A stretch of 26,110 nucleotides of DNA from an uncultured archaeon (GCA_964529545.1 CAZGWZ010000002.1:1-26110); one strand, 5' to 3'. Numbered from the stretch's first letter, positions 1-9,776 are shown. Notes: generated by a model not told the origin, from the sequence alone. Numbers and translations are program-made.

Positions 1-2
1 GC

Positions 3-3000
3 TCCACTGAAAGCGAGGCCGACGGCTGGTACAACTGCACGTGGCAGAGCGCCACATACGACTCATCGTCATGGTGGAACATCAGGTTCGACATAAGCGC
101 GCCCTTCTACATGCCGAACACAACCATAAAGGAAAACGCCTTCTACCTCGGCGAGATACCTGAGCTGACCAACCCGACCGTGAACGGCCAGACCCAGTAC
201 CTGGGCGGGTGGGGGGAGGACTACGACTTCCTGCTCCACATAAAGGACGACGACCAGAACTGGAACAACGTCAGCCTTATGAAGAGCTTTGACACATATT
301 CATGGAACGAGACCGCGATGCAGAGGATACATGTAACCTACGAGAAATACCTTCCCTCCGACTTCCCGGAGTTCCAGGACCTGTCATTCGCATGCGCCGA
401 TTACCTCAGCGGGCCGCTGAACTACTTCAAGTACTACACAATAGACGAGCCGGGTGGTTTCACCGACGAGACGGGTACCAACCTGTCCAAGTCCATGCAC
501 ACGGCTTCCACGCCTGACTCGGGATTCGGGCACAACGAGAACGTCCTGGAGATAAACATAGTGAACTACTTCATTGTAACTGTCCAGAACACCAACGGCA
601 CGGACATATACGTGAACGTCAGCGTCAACGGCTACCCGCTGGTCACGGATTACATGGTCACTGACGGCACTAACATGACGGTGGACGCCAGGACAAACGG
701 TTCCAGCTTCAGCCTTCCGGGAATGCAGACGATAAACGTCACCATACTCAACTCTTCAGGCTCCGTGGCCAACGCCACTTACGCGGCCTTCCTCAGGTAT
801 TACGCGGGCCTGCTGGAACTCGAGCTGCAGCCCGACAACGTCACCCTCACGGTGAACGGAACGGCAAGCGATGATGACGTGAGGAGGCTTGGCTCTGACA
901 CAGCCAAGCTGCAGTACACTATACGCGACTATGACAGGAACCCGGACGTCTATCCGAGCGGGGTCGACGGGCTTGTATGGATAAGACAGTACGGCGACAC
1001 GCCGCTGTACGAGACGGTCCATGAGACTTTGGACGAGTATGCCATTCTGCACCAGACCTCTTCGGACACGGGATTCAACCACACCGAGGACGTCTCCTCT
1101 TACGGTGAGATGAGCACGTTCAACGTCACGGTCACAAACGGCAACGGGAGCACCATATACATCAACATGACGGTCAACGGCGTCCAGATAGCATCCAACC
1201 AGTCCATCGCGAACGGAGCAAGCTTCAGGGCAGACGCCATAGACCAGGGAGCGGGCTTCACCGTGCCTGGAACACAGACCATCAACGTCACCATGTACGA
1301 GGTCCTCGGAAACATCACCAACTCGACCAAGGTGATAAGGAACATGACCTATTACCAGGACACAGGATTCGTCTACAACGAGACGGTCTCAGAGCCATAC
1401 GTACTCAACTACACGAAGATGAACTACTTCAACATGACGGTGATGAACCTCAATGCAACTCCGATACTCTTCAACCTGACATTAAACGGCTTCCAGCTCG
1501 CGGACAACCAGTCCATTCCCGCGGGAGGAAACGTGTCGATAGGAGCGGTGGATCTCGGCGCAGGCTTCAACATTCCCGGCGACCAGGAGATAAACATGAC
1601 GGTTCTCGGGCCGTCAGGACAGCCAGCCAATGCGTACTATCTGGTCCTTCTCAAGTACTCTTACGAGAGGCTGTTCATACCGCAGGCCACGTACGGCGCA
1701 TACCTGGAGTACGCGGTCAAGGACAGCGGATTCGATTACAACAAGTACATAAACGGCACGGGCGAGGTGATATCCTTCAGCGTCCGCGTAGAGAACCTCA
1801 ACGAGAGCACGCTCTACGTCAACCTCAGCGTCAACGGCGTCCAGATAGCCTCGAACCAGTCGGTGGCCTCGGGGACAAACCTGACGGTGGATGCCATCTC
1901 GGCCGGCGCCAGCTTCAGCGTGCCCGGATACCATCCGATAAACCTGACGGTCATGGACTCCTCCGGCCAGCCGGCCAACGCCTCATACAAGGCTCACATA
2001 ATATACCTTCCCGGCCTGATAAGCCTCCCGTGCACGTCCGTTGCAAACGGCCAGTGCAGCATAAACTACAACCCGAGCTGCAATTCATTCGCGGGCATAC
2101 AGAGATGGAGGGGACAGACCGACGACGTGTGCTATGACACGCCCTACGGCCCGTACGAGAACGTCATCGTGTACGGCCAGCTCTACTCGCATCCTTACAT
2201 TCCCGTTCCTGGAAGCATCATAAACAAGAACACGTACATAACGTTCAACGCGACGGTGACAGACGACTGCGGGAAATTCGTAAACGACAGCTCGGTAGCA
2301 TGGAGGAACCAGACTGGCGGGCTCATAGGAACGGGCTACGGTGCCAGCTGGTTCGTGCCTCCTAACTACAACCTCAGCCTGAACCCGAGCACGTTCTATG
2401 TCAACGCGACGCGCCAGTACTACGATCCCAACGGCACGTACTTCAGTCTGTGGGTCTATGGGTGGAGCGGCATAGACTGGATAACCCCCGCGAACTCCAG
2501 CGAGTTCTCCGCAGGAGACGATGTCCCGGTCACGTGCCATGTCGTAGACGTCGACACCGGCGAGTCCATACAGTCATATCCCGTGTACTTCTACGAGAAC
2601 GGCAGCCTTGAGAACGTCAACGTCACCGACGAAAACGGCTCGGCCCACTGGGTGTGGGACACCTCCACTGAGATAGCAGGATATCACAACATCTCGTGCT
2701 CCATAACAGACAACGCGACCCTCTACTTCAACGCGACGCAGTATGTCAACTACAGCACCATCCTGATCCACAGGCCTCTTGGCATATCCGAGATATGGCA
2801 GAACTACTCGTGGGTATACAGGAACGACTCGTTCGCTCCGAACCAGACCTACATAAGGGTCAGGGTCAAGGATGCCAACCTCCCGCCGCCAAACGAGTAC
2901 GCTCAGAACGCTTTTGTGCACTTCTACAACAGCACGCACTATCTGGGCAACTGCACCACGAACAGCCAGGGATACTGCTTCTTCATATTCAATCCTGACG

Positions 3001-6000
3001 ATTCCGCGACGCCCTCGGCCAACGTCATTTACATAAATGCGACCAAGCCGTCCACTAACGACCCGTCGCCGACGAACACCACGACCGTGACTGTGAGGGG
3101 CATACTGTACATGAACATGACATCCCCGCTGAACGGGACCCTGATACCGAAGACCGTCTCCAACTTCCTTGGAAACGTCAGCGTGTGGGACGAGAACGGG
3201 AACTACACTCTCTCCGTGACGGTCAAGTGGTATGACAAGAAGATGGGGCTGCTCATCATATTAGGTGGCAGCGGAAGGGAGCAGTACATAGACCCAGACC
3301 CGATGGAGACGGGCATCCAGAACATAACGGCAGTCACCAGCAAGACATATTTCGATACGACCAGCCAGAACGTCACGGTAGTAGTATCGGCGGCCGCGAG
3401 CGTCCTCTGGATTTCCCCGCCCCACCTCAGCACGGTCCCGTATCCGAGCCCCTTCAACTTCACGTGCAGGGTGAGGGACGACAACGGCCTCATGGGCGTT
3501 GAGAACTACCCAGTCGAGATATGGTACATGAACGAAGGGGAGAGCAGTTACACCTACAACGGCACGTTCTACACTAACGCGACGGGCTACGTCACAAGGC
3601 CCTGGATACCAGTAGACAAGCTGGACGTCAACCTCAAGTGCAACATAACCGACAACCAGACGCTGCTTTACAACGCATCCACCACTGACGCCGACGCGCT
3701 CATATACATACAGGACAACGAGCCGCCGCAGATACACAGCGTTACCGTGGTACCTAATGCCAGCATGGAGGCCAACCTGAACATGACGAACATAACGGCA
3801 GTCGTGACCGACAACTACAAGGTTTACGAGGTCTACGCCCGCATATTGGTCCCGGGCCTCGGATATAACGATACCAAGATGATGAACACATCGGAAGACA
3901 CGTTCACGATAAACTACATGCCACCTGTGGGCGGCACGTACAACCTGACGATCAGGGCGTGGGACCCCTTCGACGAGCACAACCTCAACGAGTCCGAGAT
4001 ATACCAGTTCACCGTATGGGGAAAGAACGACGGCATAATAAACTCCTCGCCGAGCACCGTCATCGCGTCCGGGATAACCCAGACGGATGACTTCAAGTTC
4101 AACATAACCGTCAATTTCACCAACCCAGGACCGGCCAGGATGTACGGGGTCAACCTGACGCTCTATGACGACTCATCCAATGAGACGGCCTACAGGAACA
4201 TAACCACGCAGCAGCTCCAGAACAACTACACATGCGGGACCTTCGATGTCTCAAGGGGCCTGTGGACGCTTTATCCGGGAGAGTCCTGCGCCTTCAACCT
4301 GTCCGTGACCGTGAAGGAGAAGACATGGCCCAAGCTCATAAGCGTGCACGCCAACGGCACGTGGACGAACCCCGACAAGACCATAAACAGCACGGAGGAC
4401 ATGACCTTCGTCGTGGTATCATCGAACCCTGTGGTCGACATAATAGAGGACATCATTGAGCAGACGACCCCGCACGGCCAGACCACGTTCGTAGACAACA
4501 TAACGGTCGCTTCGGTGGGCAATGACTGGATCCAGAAGGTCAACGTCATAACCTTGGGAGGCAGCATAGGCCTGCCCACGTCACAGGGCGGCTGCCCTGG
4601 ATGCGCGGTAGATATAGACCCGAGCGATTACCAGACGTTCATAATGCCGGGAACGAACTTCAGCACCGACATAACGATAACGGTTCCTGCCGGCCAGCCG
4701 CCAGGCTACATTTGGACGCTGCTTGTAGCCAACGCGAGCAACACCGGGAACGACGAGGCGATAATGAACGTCACGGTCCCGCTTGACAAGACATGGGACA
4801 GCGGCCCGTCCACCTTCGGGACCATTTTCACCCCGCTCGGAACCAACGGCACGATAGGGGTGATAAACTACACGAACACTGGTAACGTCAAGCTGACGAT
4901 ATCATTCGGCAAGAGCGGGCAGAAGGCGAACCTGGTACGCATGAACGACGAGATCTCCGGGCTCATATCATTCGATGTTGACAGGCAGATAGGCGGAGAG
5001 GTGGGCATCACATATTCGATTCCCGTTACCGAAGACCCAGGACTTCATGACATAACCATAAGCATACTCGCCACGGTGACAGACGACGGCGCCATCGCTA
5101 ATCCGCCTTCGAGACAGGTCACTTTCACACTCAACATAACCAACCCGCCGCCGACGATAGGGAACATAACGGTCGACCCCGTTGAGTTCGAGCCTCTGTT
5201 CGGCAACACGAACGTAAGCGCCACGATAACGGATAACGGCATAGTCGATTATGCATGGATGACGGCAACGTGGCCAGACGGCACGAACGTAACGTACCCG
5301 ATGGACCATAACGCTTCCTACTACTGGAGGACCTTCACGGCAGACGTCATAGGCGTCTATGCCTTCCAGGTGTGTGCAAACGACACGGAGAACCTCATAA
5401 GCTGCGAGACTGTCTACGGCCTTGCGACCCTGAATACCACCGTGCTCGCGGTGCCAAACGAGACCACCCTGTACATATCCAATATGACTGTCTATCCGAA
5501 TGCCACGACCGAATACAACCTCACGTTCAACACGACCGCCGGATACGTGCGCGCCTTCGGGATCAACGTGACGATAACGACGCCCAACTCCACGACATGG
5601 AGCGTCACGCCTGACTACTTCGCATTCCCGGTAATCTATGCGAACAAGAGCGAGACGAGGAACACCAGCATAGTCGTGCCTCCGGGCCTCGTCGCAGGCA
5701 ATTACAGCGTCGTGTTCAATGTAAACTGGTCCAACGTGGACAACACCACCGCTAACAGCACCACCAACTTCACGGTCGTCGTGCTGGAGAACGAGCTGAT
5801 GGACGTCCTGAACGACAATGTCACGGTCTGGATAACCAACGGCACTTACGGCGATGAGAACATCACGATACTGTCCGCGGGAAGCGTCAACATATCGAAC
5901 GTGACCGCTGACTGCATCTCAGGATTCGTATGCACTGACGGCAACTTCACGGTCGTATTCAACCCCGACAACATAACCACGATAGAGCCAGGGCATACGG

Positions 6001-9000
6001 ACAACATAACCATAGGCGTATACATACCGTCAGAGCTGCCGGCCGGGTCATACACGGGAATCATAAACGTGACCGCGGATAACTGGCTTTACGAGGTGCT
6101 GAATCTCACGCTCAGAATACCCGAGAACCTGACATGGCTCCAGACACCGTTCGTCATAGAGAAGACCATCATACACGGCACCAGCGGAATAGCCGACATA
6201 ATAAACATAAAGAACATAGGAAACGTGGACCCGACCGAGATAGACGTATACATGGATGAGACGAGAGGCAACTACACGTACTTCGGCCTGGACAAGGACG
6301 TCGTCATACTCAGCCCGACCATGAACGAGAACGTCACGGTGAACTACACCGTTCCCCTGCTTTCCGGGTACGCTAACATAGTGGGCTATGTGATGACGAA
6401 GAACGTGTCTGCCAAGACAGGGACGCTGATAAACGAGACGCTCGTGAACCTGAGCGTGCATCCATACTCGATAGACATACTCAGTCCGCTTGAGACCGAC
6501 CCGGTAATGGGCGTCATGTACACCCAGGAGCTCCAGATAGAGGTGAACCTCACTTACGCCGGAGCCGGCATCAACGACACCAACAACGTCACCTGGGGCG
6601 CGGGGCTCTTCAACACCACGGGAGCCTACCCCGTGAGCATAACCAACACCACATACAACGCCTCTTCCGGGACGTGGCTTTTGAACTTCACCGCCCCGAA
6701 CCTCCAGAACGCGACGGGATACCATATGAACCTCAGCGCAAACTACAGCCATGTCATGGGAGCCGGCGCGAACGCGACTGTGGTAAACCTCTACTACTGG
6801 GACGTCGAGTACAGGTCCGTGATATACGTGGATCCGGTGCCTCCGGACATAGTCATAGGCATAAGCCCGTTCCCGAAGGTCTCCAGAGGCAACCCGGCGA
6901 CCATAACGGTCAACGTGACCGACGCCGGCGGTGTCGCCAACGTGTCAGCCTTCGTCGAGCATCACAACATTACCGAGAGCGTCAACCTCAGCTTCATCAA
7001 GTGGGTAGGCGACACGTACTTCTACAGTGGCGTGTTCACAAATACCACAGAGAAGGGAATATACAACGTCAACGTCACGGCCTACGACATATCCTCCAAC
7101 TACAACACTACGAACAAGAGCTTCCAGGTCTCGGTGCTCGTGTACTTCCACGGATACGCGCTCGATCAGGACGAGCCTGACCCCAAGCCTCCAGTGAGCG
7201 TCAACTACAGCATGTACTTCCTGGATGCGGGCAGCACCATGTCAAGCATAGCGACGGACGCAAACGGATACTACAACAAGACCCTTGACGCCGGGCTATA
7301 TGACATATTCATACGCGTCTGGAACGAGACGCTGTATGTGAGAAGCACGGACATACAAAGACACATGTATAACCCCCTAGTATTCGGTAACATAAAAGAC
7401 ATAGGTCTCGTCGGCTACAACACGAGGGGACTTTTCGAGGCAAGGATATTCGAGGCCAACGACAGCATGTTCGCAGGCAACAAGAGCGACAACACCACGT
7501 GGAACGACACCTTCGAGTTCACGTTCGATAACGTGACTCTGAGCTTCAACTACTCCTCATATTCAGGCGACATAATAAGCACCAACCTGCTCGGCATATA
7601 CCAGTGCACTGACTGGGTTCAGGGAACCGGATGCACGGGCCTGTGGAACAGGCTCAGCGGCGCAGGCGTGAACAGCACGCAGAAGACCATATCAGTAACG
7701 CTTACGTCACTTTCGGGCGGTTATGCCGTCGCCGAGTACATCTGCGGGAACGAGGAGTGCGAGAACGCTTATGGCGAATCGGTCGGTAACTGCCCGCAGG
7801 ACTGCGAGGTAAGCGAGGAGGAGCAGCCGCCTCCTGAAGAGGGCGGAGGCGGCGGAGGCGGAGGCGGCGGAGGCGGCGCCGGTGCTGCAGCCGCGGCAAT
7901 AACGCCACCAAGGATGCCCGTGGAGATAGACTCGCAGCTCATATTCGTGACGCTGCGCCCGGGCGAGCACGAGATACACAGCATAGACATAAAGAACAGC
8001 CTCCCGGCCACGATAACAGCTGACGTGAAGGCTACAGGCAATGCTTGGGAGCTCGTGATGATAGAGCAGCCCAGCATAGACATAAGGGCAGGGTCTACAG
8101 GCACCATAAAGATAAAGGTCTTCACGCTCCCGTCGACCATGGAGGGCATATACACGGGCGACATAGTGACGACCATAAGGGACAGGAACATAACGCACGT
8201 TACGCCGATAACAGTGAAGGTTGAGAGGCCCAAGGAGCCGCTGCTTGACGTCAAGGTCAAGGCGCTAAGCAAGACGGTGGAGCCCGGGACGAACCTTTCG
8301 CTTGAGGTAACGCTTCTCAACATGGGAGAGACCGCTGAGATAGACGACGTTGTGATAACCTATGAGATAAGGCATCTGGACAATCCGGAGATTGTGATAA
8401 GGGAGAGGGAGACCCTGGCGATAGACCAGGTCAAGACTTTCAAGAGGAGCATGTTCATACCCGAAGACACCCTCATAGGAAGGTACTCCGTCGAGCTCAA
8501 CGTGACCTACTGGGACGGACAGAAACAGGCATTCGCGATAGACTCCTTCGACGTACTCTATGTGGCGCCGCCTCTGAAGATGCTTCAGGCGCTGTTTTCC
8601 AGCTGGATAACGTATGCCATAATATTCGCTCTGATACCAGGCTACCACTTCGGCTCGCAGTTCTACCGCGACTGGAGAAAGAAGAAGAAGGCCAAGACGA
8701 GGTACATATTCCCGATGAACGTCAACAAGCTTCCGAAGGCGGGAGATGCCTCGCTTCTCGTAGGAAAGGTCGCAGAGACTGAGATAAAGGCGTACATGAC
8801 CATGAGCGACCTGACGACGCACAGCATAGCCGCAGGTTCTACGGGTGCCGGAAAGTCGGTGTCGGCACAGGTCTGCTCCGAGGAGCTTCTCAAGAGGGGC
8901 GTTCCGATAGTCGTAATAGACCCGACCGCGCAGTGGACAGGGTTCATGAGGCCGTGCAAGGACCCGGCGATGCTAGAACTTTATCCGAAGTTCGACCTGA

Positions 9001-9776
9001 GGCCTGAGGACGCCAGGGCGTTCAAGGTCAACGTAATGGTCGCGGAGAATGCAGACTTCCAGGTGCCTTGGAAGGAGGTCATGGAGAGGAAGGGCGAGAT
9101 GACGGTCATAGTGACGGAGAAGCTTCCGAACAAGGACATGGACACGTTCGTGAGAAAGACGGTCGAAGGCCTGTTCGCCATGAGGCTTCCGGAGGCCCGC
9201 GAGATGAAGATGATGATGATATACGACGAGGTCCACAGGCTGCTTCCGAAGTACGGCGGCAAGGGCGGCTACATAGTCCTTGAGAGGGCATGCAGAGAGT
9301 TCCGTAAGTGGGGCATCGGCATATTCATGATATCCCAGGTCCTTATGGACTTCCGTGGGGCGATAAGGGCGAACATATCCACGGAGATACAGCTCCGTTC
9401 GAAGTACGAGGGCGACATAAACAGGGTAAAGACCAAGTACGGTCCGGACTATGCGAGCAAGATTACCAAGCTCGTCACAGGCACGGGTCTCATGCAGAAC
9501 GCTTCCTACAACGACGGTAAGCCGTGGTTCGTCTCCTTCAGGCCGCTTCTTCACGACACGAAGAGGCTGACAGCAGAGGAGATAGACAAGTACGTCAAGA
9601 TAAGCAAGGAAGCTGACCAGATAAAGGCGCAGCTTGCCGCAGTGAAGCAGAAGGGCGTCGATACAGGAGACGTCGAGGTCGAGCTCAACCTTGCCCTTGA
9701 CAAGCTCAAGCAGGGACTGTTCACCATGGCCGAGAGCTACATGGAATCCGTGAGGACAAGGGTGAAGGGACTTTAG
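3..9776 (+). CDS. Giant membrane-anchored surface glycoprotein fused to a C-terminal cytoplasmic HerA/FtsK/VirB4-superfamily (DUF87-like) ATPase; 5'-partial, >3257 aa
   Basis: The frame is open from base 3 (STESEADGWYNCTW...APFY) into the track's ATG at 111, so the true start lies upstream of the window. More than 2860 aa of beta-rich, N-x-S/T-dense sequence come first. They are followed by a Cys motif (7743-7805), Gly12 linker (7842-7877), Ig-like domains, hydrophobic span LFSSWITYAIIFALIPGYHFGSQFY (8592-8666) and basic stop-transfer RDWRKKKKAKTR. The ATPase has Walker A GSTGAGKS (8835-8858), Walker B MMMIYDEVH (9210-9236), REFRKWG (9294-9314) and ISQ. Confidence 0.9.
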   Translation, partial: STESEADGWYNCTWQSATYDSSSWWNIRFDISAPFYMPNTTIKENAFYLGEIPELTNPTVNGQTQYLGGWGEDYDFLLHIKDDDQNWNNVSLMKSFDTYSWNETAMQRIHVTYEKYLPSDFPEFQDLSFACADYLSGPLNYFKYYTIDEPGGFTDETGTNLSKSMHTASTPDSGFGHNENVLEINIVNYFIVTVQNTNGTDIYVNVSVNGYPLVTDYMVTDGTNMTVDARTNGSSFSLPGMQTINVTILNSSGSVANATYAAFLRYYAGLLELELQPDNVTLTVNGTASDDDVRRLGSDTAKLQYTIRDYDRNPDVYPSGVDGLVWIRQYGDTPLYETVHETLDEYAILHQTSSDTGFNHTEDVSSYGEMSTFNVTVTNGNGSTIYINMTVNGVQIASNQSIANGASFRADAIDQGAGFTVPGTQTINVTMYEVLGNITNSTKVIRNMTYYQDTGFVYNETVSEPYVLNYTKMNYFNMTVMNLNATPILFNLTLNGFQLADNQSIPAGGNVSIGAVDLGAGFNIPGDQEINMTVLGPSGQPANAYYLVLLKYSYERLFIPQATYGAYLEYAVKDSGFDYNKYINGTGEVISFSVRVENLNESTLYVNLSVNGVQIASNQSVASGTNLTVDAISAGASFSVPGYHPINLTVMDSSGQPANASYKAHIIYLPGLISLPCTSVANGQCSINYNPSCNSFAGIQRWRGQTDDVCYDTPYGPYENVIVYGQLYSHPYIPVPGSIINKNTYITFNATVTDDCGKFVNDSSVAWRNQTGGLIGTGYGASWFVPPNYNLSLNPSTFYVNATRQYYDPNGTYFSLWVYGWSGIDWITPANSSEFSAGDDVPVTCHVVDVDTGESIQSYPVYFYENGSLENVNVTDENGSAHWVWDTSTEIAGYHNISCSITDNATLYFNATQYVNYSTILIHRPLGISEIWQNYSWVYRNDSFAPNQTYIRVRVKDANLPPPNEYAQNAFVHFYNSTHYLGNCTTNSQGYCFFIFNPDDSATPSANVIYINATKPSTNDPSPTNTTTVTVRGILYMNMTSPLNGTLIPKTVSNFLGNVSVWDENGNYTLSVTVKWYDKKMGLLIILGGSGREQYIDPDPMETGIQNITAVTSKTYFDTTSQNVTVVVSAAASVLWISPPHLSTVPYPSPFNFTCRVRDDNGLMGVENYPVEIWYMNEGESSYTYNGTFYTNATGYVTRPWIPVDKLDVNLKCNITDNQTLLYNASTTDADALIYIQDNEPPQIHSVTVVPNASMEANLNMTNITAVVTDNYKVYEVYARILVPGLGYNDTKMMNTSEDTFTINYMPPVGGTYNLTIRAWDPFDEHNLNESEIYQFTVWGKNDGIINSSPSTVIASGITQTDDFKFNITVNFTNPGPARMYGVNLTLYDDSSNETAYRNITTQQLQNNYTCGTFDVSRGLWTLYPGESCAFNLSVTVKEKTWPKLISVHANGTWTNPDKTINSTEDMTFVVVSSNPVVDIIEDIIEQTTPHGQTTFVDNITVASVGNDWIQKVNVITLGGSIGLPTSQGGCPGCAVDIDPSDYQTFIMPGTNFSTDITITVPAGQPPGYIWTLLVANASNTGNDEAIMNVTVPLDKTWDSGPSTFGTIFTPLGTNGTIGVINYTNTGNVKLTISFGKSGQKANLVRMNDEISGLISFDVDRQIGGEVGITYSIPVTEDPGLHDITISILATVTDDGAIANPPSRQVTFTLNITNPPPTIGNITVDPVEFEPLFGNTNVSATITDNGIVDYAWMTATWPDGTNVTYPMDHNASYYWRTFTADVIGVYAFQVCANDTENLISCETVYGLATLNTTVLAVPNETTLYISNMTVYPNATTEYNLTFNTTAGYVRAFGINVTITTPNSTTWSVTPDYFAFPVIYANKSETRNTSIVVPPGLVAGNYSVVFNVNWSNVDNTTANSTTNFTVVVLENELMDVLNDNVTVWITNGTYGDENITILSAGSVNISNVTADCISGFVCTDGNFTVVFNPDNITTIEPGHTDNITIGVYIPSELPAGSYTGIINVTADNWLYEVLNLTLRIPENLTWLQTPFVIEKTIIHGTSGIADIINIKNIGNVDPTEIDVYMDETRGNYTYFGLDKDVVILSPTMNENVTVNYTVPLLSGYANIVGYVMTKNVSAKTGTLINETLVNLSVHPYSIDILSPLETDPVMGVMYTQELQIEVNLTYAGAGINDTNNVTWGAGLFNTTGAYPVSITNTTYNASSGTWLLNFTAPNLQNATGYHMNLSANYSHVMGAGANATVVNLYYWDVEYRSVIYVDPVPPDIVIGISPFPKVSRGNPATITVNVTDAGGVANVSAFVEHHNITESVNLSFIKWVGDTYFYSGVFTNTTEKGIYNVNVTAYDISSNYNTTNKSFQVSVLVYFHGYALDQDEPDPKPPVSVNYSMYFLDAGSTMSSIATDANGYYNKTLDAGLYDIFIRVWNETLYVRSTDIQRHMYNPLVFGNIKDIGLVGYNTRGLFEARIFEANDSMFAGNKSDNTTWNDTFEFTFDNVTLSFNYSSYSGDIISTNLLGIYQCTDWVQGTGCTGLWNRLSGAGVNSTQKTISVTLTSLSGGYAVAEYICGNEECENAYGESVGNCPQDCEVSEEEQPPPEEGGGGGGGGGGGGAGAAAAAITPPRMPVEIDSQLIFVTLRPGEHEIHSIDIKNSLPATITADVKATGNAWELVMIEQPSIDIRAGSTGTIKIKVFTLPSTMEGIYTGDIVTTIRDRNITHVTPITVKVERPKEPLLDVKVKALSKTVEPGTNLSLEVTLLNMGETAEIDDVVITYEIRHLDNPEIVIRERETLAIDQVKTFKRSMFIPEDTLIGRYSVELNVTYWDGQKQAFAIDSFDVLYVAPPLKMLQALFSSWITYAIIFALIPGYHFGSQFYRDWRKKKKAKTRYIFPMNVNKLPKAGDASLLVGKVAETEIKAYMTMSDLTTHSIAAGSTGAGKSVSAQVCSEELLKRGVPIVVIDPTAQWTGFMRPCKDPAMLELYPKFDLRPEDARAFKVNVMVAENADFQVPWKEVMERKGEMTVIVTEKLPNKDMDTFVRKTVEGLFAMRLPEAREMKMMMIYDEVHRLLPKYGGKGGYIVLERACREFRKWGIGIFMISQVLMDFRGAIRANISTEIQLRSKYEGDINRVKTKYGPDYASKITKLVTGTGLMQNASYNDGKPWFVSFRPLLHDTKRLTAEEIDKYVKISKEADQIKAQLAAVKQKGVDTGDVEVELNLALDKLKQGLFTMAESYMESVRTRVKGL
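567..1988 (+). repeat. Four dispersed copies of a 72-aa coding repeat (567-782, 1116-1331, 1425-1640, 1773-1988), each preceded by a D[ST]GF motif
   Basis: Copies share F-x-V/M-x-V-x-N-x-N...N-x-S/T-V/L-NG...G...DA/AV...G-A/S-x-F-x-V/I/L-PG...IN-x-T. Copies 2 and 4 share gtcaacggcgtccagatagc exactly (1173-1192, 1830-1849). Confidence 0.85.
2478..3680 (+). repeat. Two copies of a ~90-aa Ig-like module with a conserved Cys pair (2478-2738, 3408-3680)
   Basis: WITP..TCHVVD..YPV..ISCSITDNATLYFNAT versus WISP..TCRVRD..YPV..LKCNITDNQTLLYNAS. Confidence 0.7.
7842..7877 (+). repeat. Poly-Gly (12 codons GGC/GGA) flexible linker
   Basis: In-frame GGC/GGA run after PPPEE and before AGAAAAA. Confidence 0.9.
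8700..9600 (+). other. HerA/FtsK/VirB4-type P-loop ATPase domain within the giant CDS (approximate bounds)
   Basis: HSIAAGSTGAGKS, VVIDPT, hhhhDEVH, RxFRKWG and ISQ occur in the order typical of the HerA-FtsK superfamily. No N-terminal HAS barrel is evident; the domain follows the membrane span directly. Confidence 0.88.

Noticed and set aside
111-113. ATG at 111 as the start of the giant protein
   Set aside because: The frame is open back to base 3 with similar sequence and there is no signal peptide at 111; the gene is truncated by the window.
567-1988. Repeats as a diversity-generating retroelement TR/VR pair or a CRISPR array
   Set aside because: The copies are in-frame, divergent at all base types and unevenly spaced. 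There is no reverse transcriptase or cas gene and no constant repeat-spacer pattern.
4593-4604. CPGC as a thioredoxin-like or metal-binding active site
   Set aside because: An isolated loop between Ig-like strands of an extracellular stalk with no thioredoxin-fold context; more likely a structural disulfide.
8700-9600. Calling the ATPase a canonical herA (DNA end-resection) gene
   Set aside because: No HAS barrel and no nurA, mre11 or rad50 nearby; the domain is fused behind a membrane span, so no gene symbol was given.
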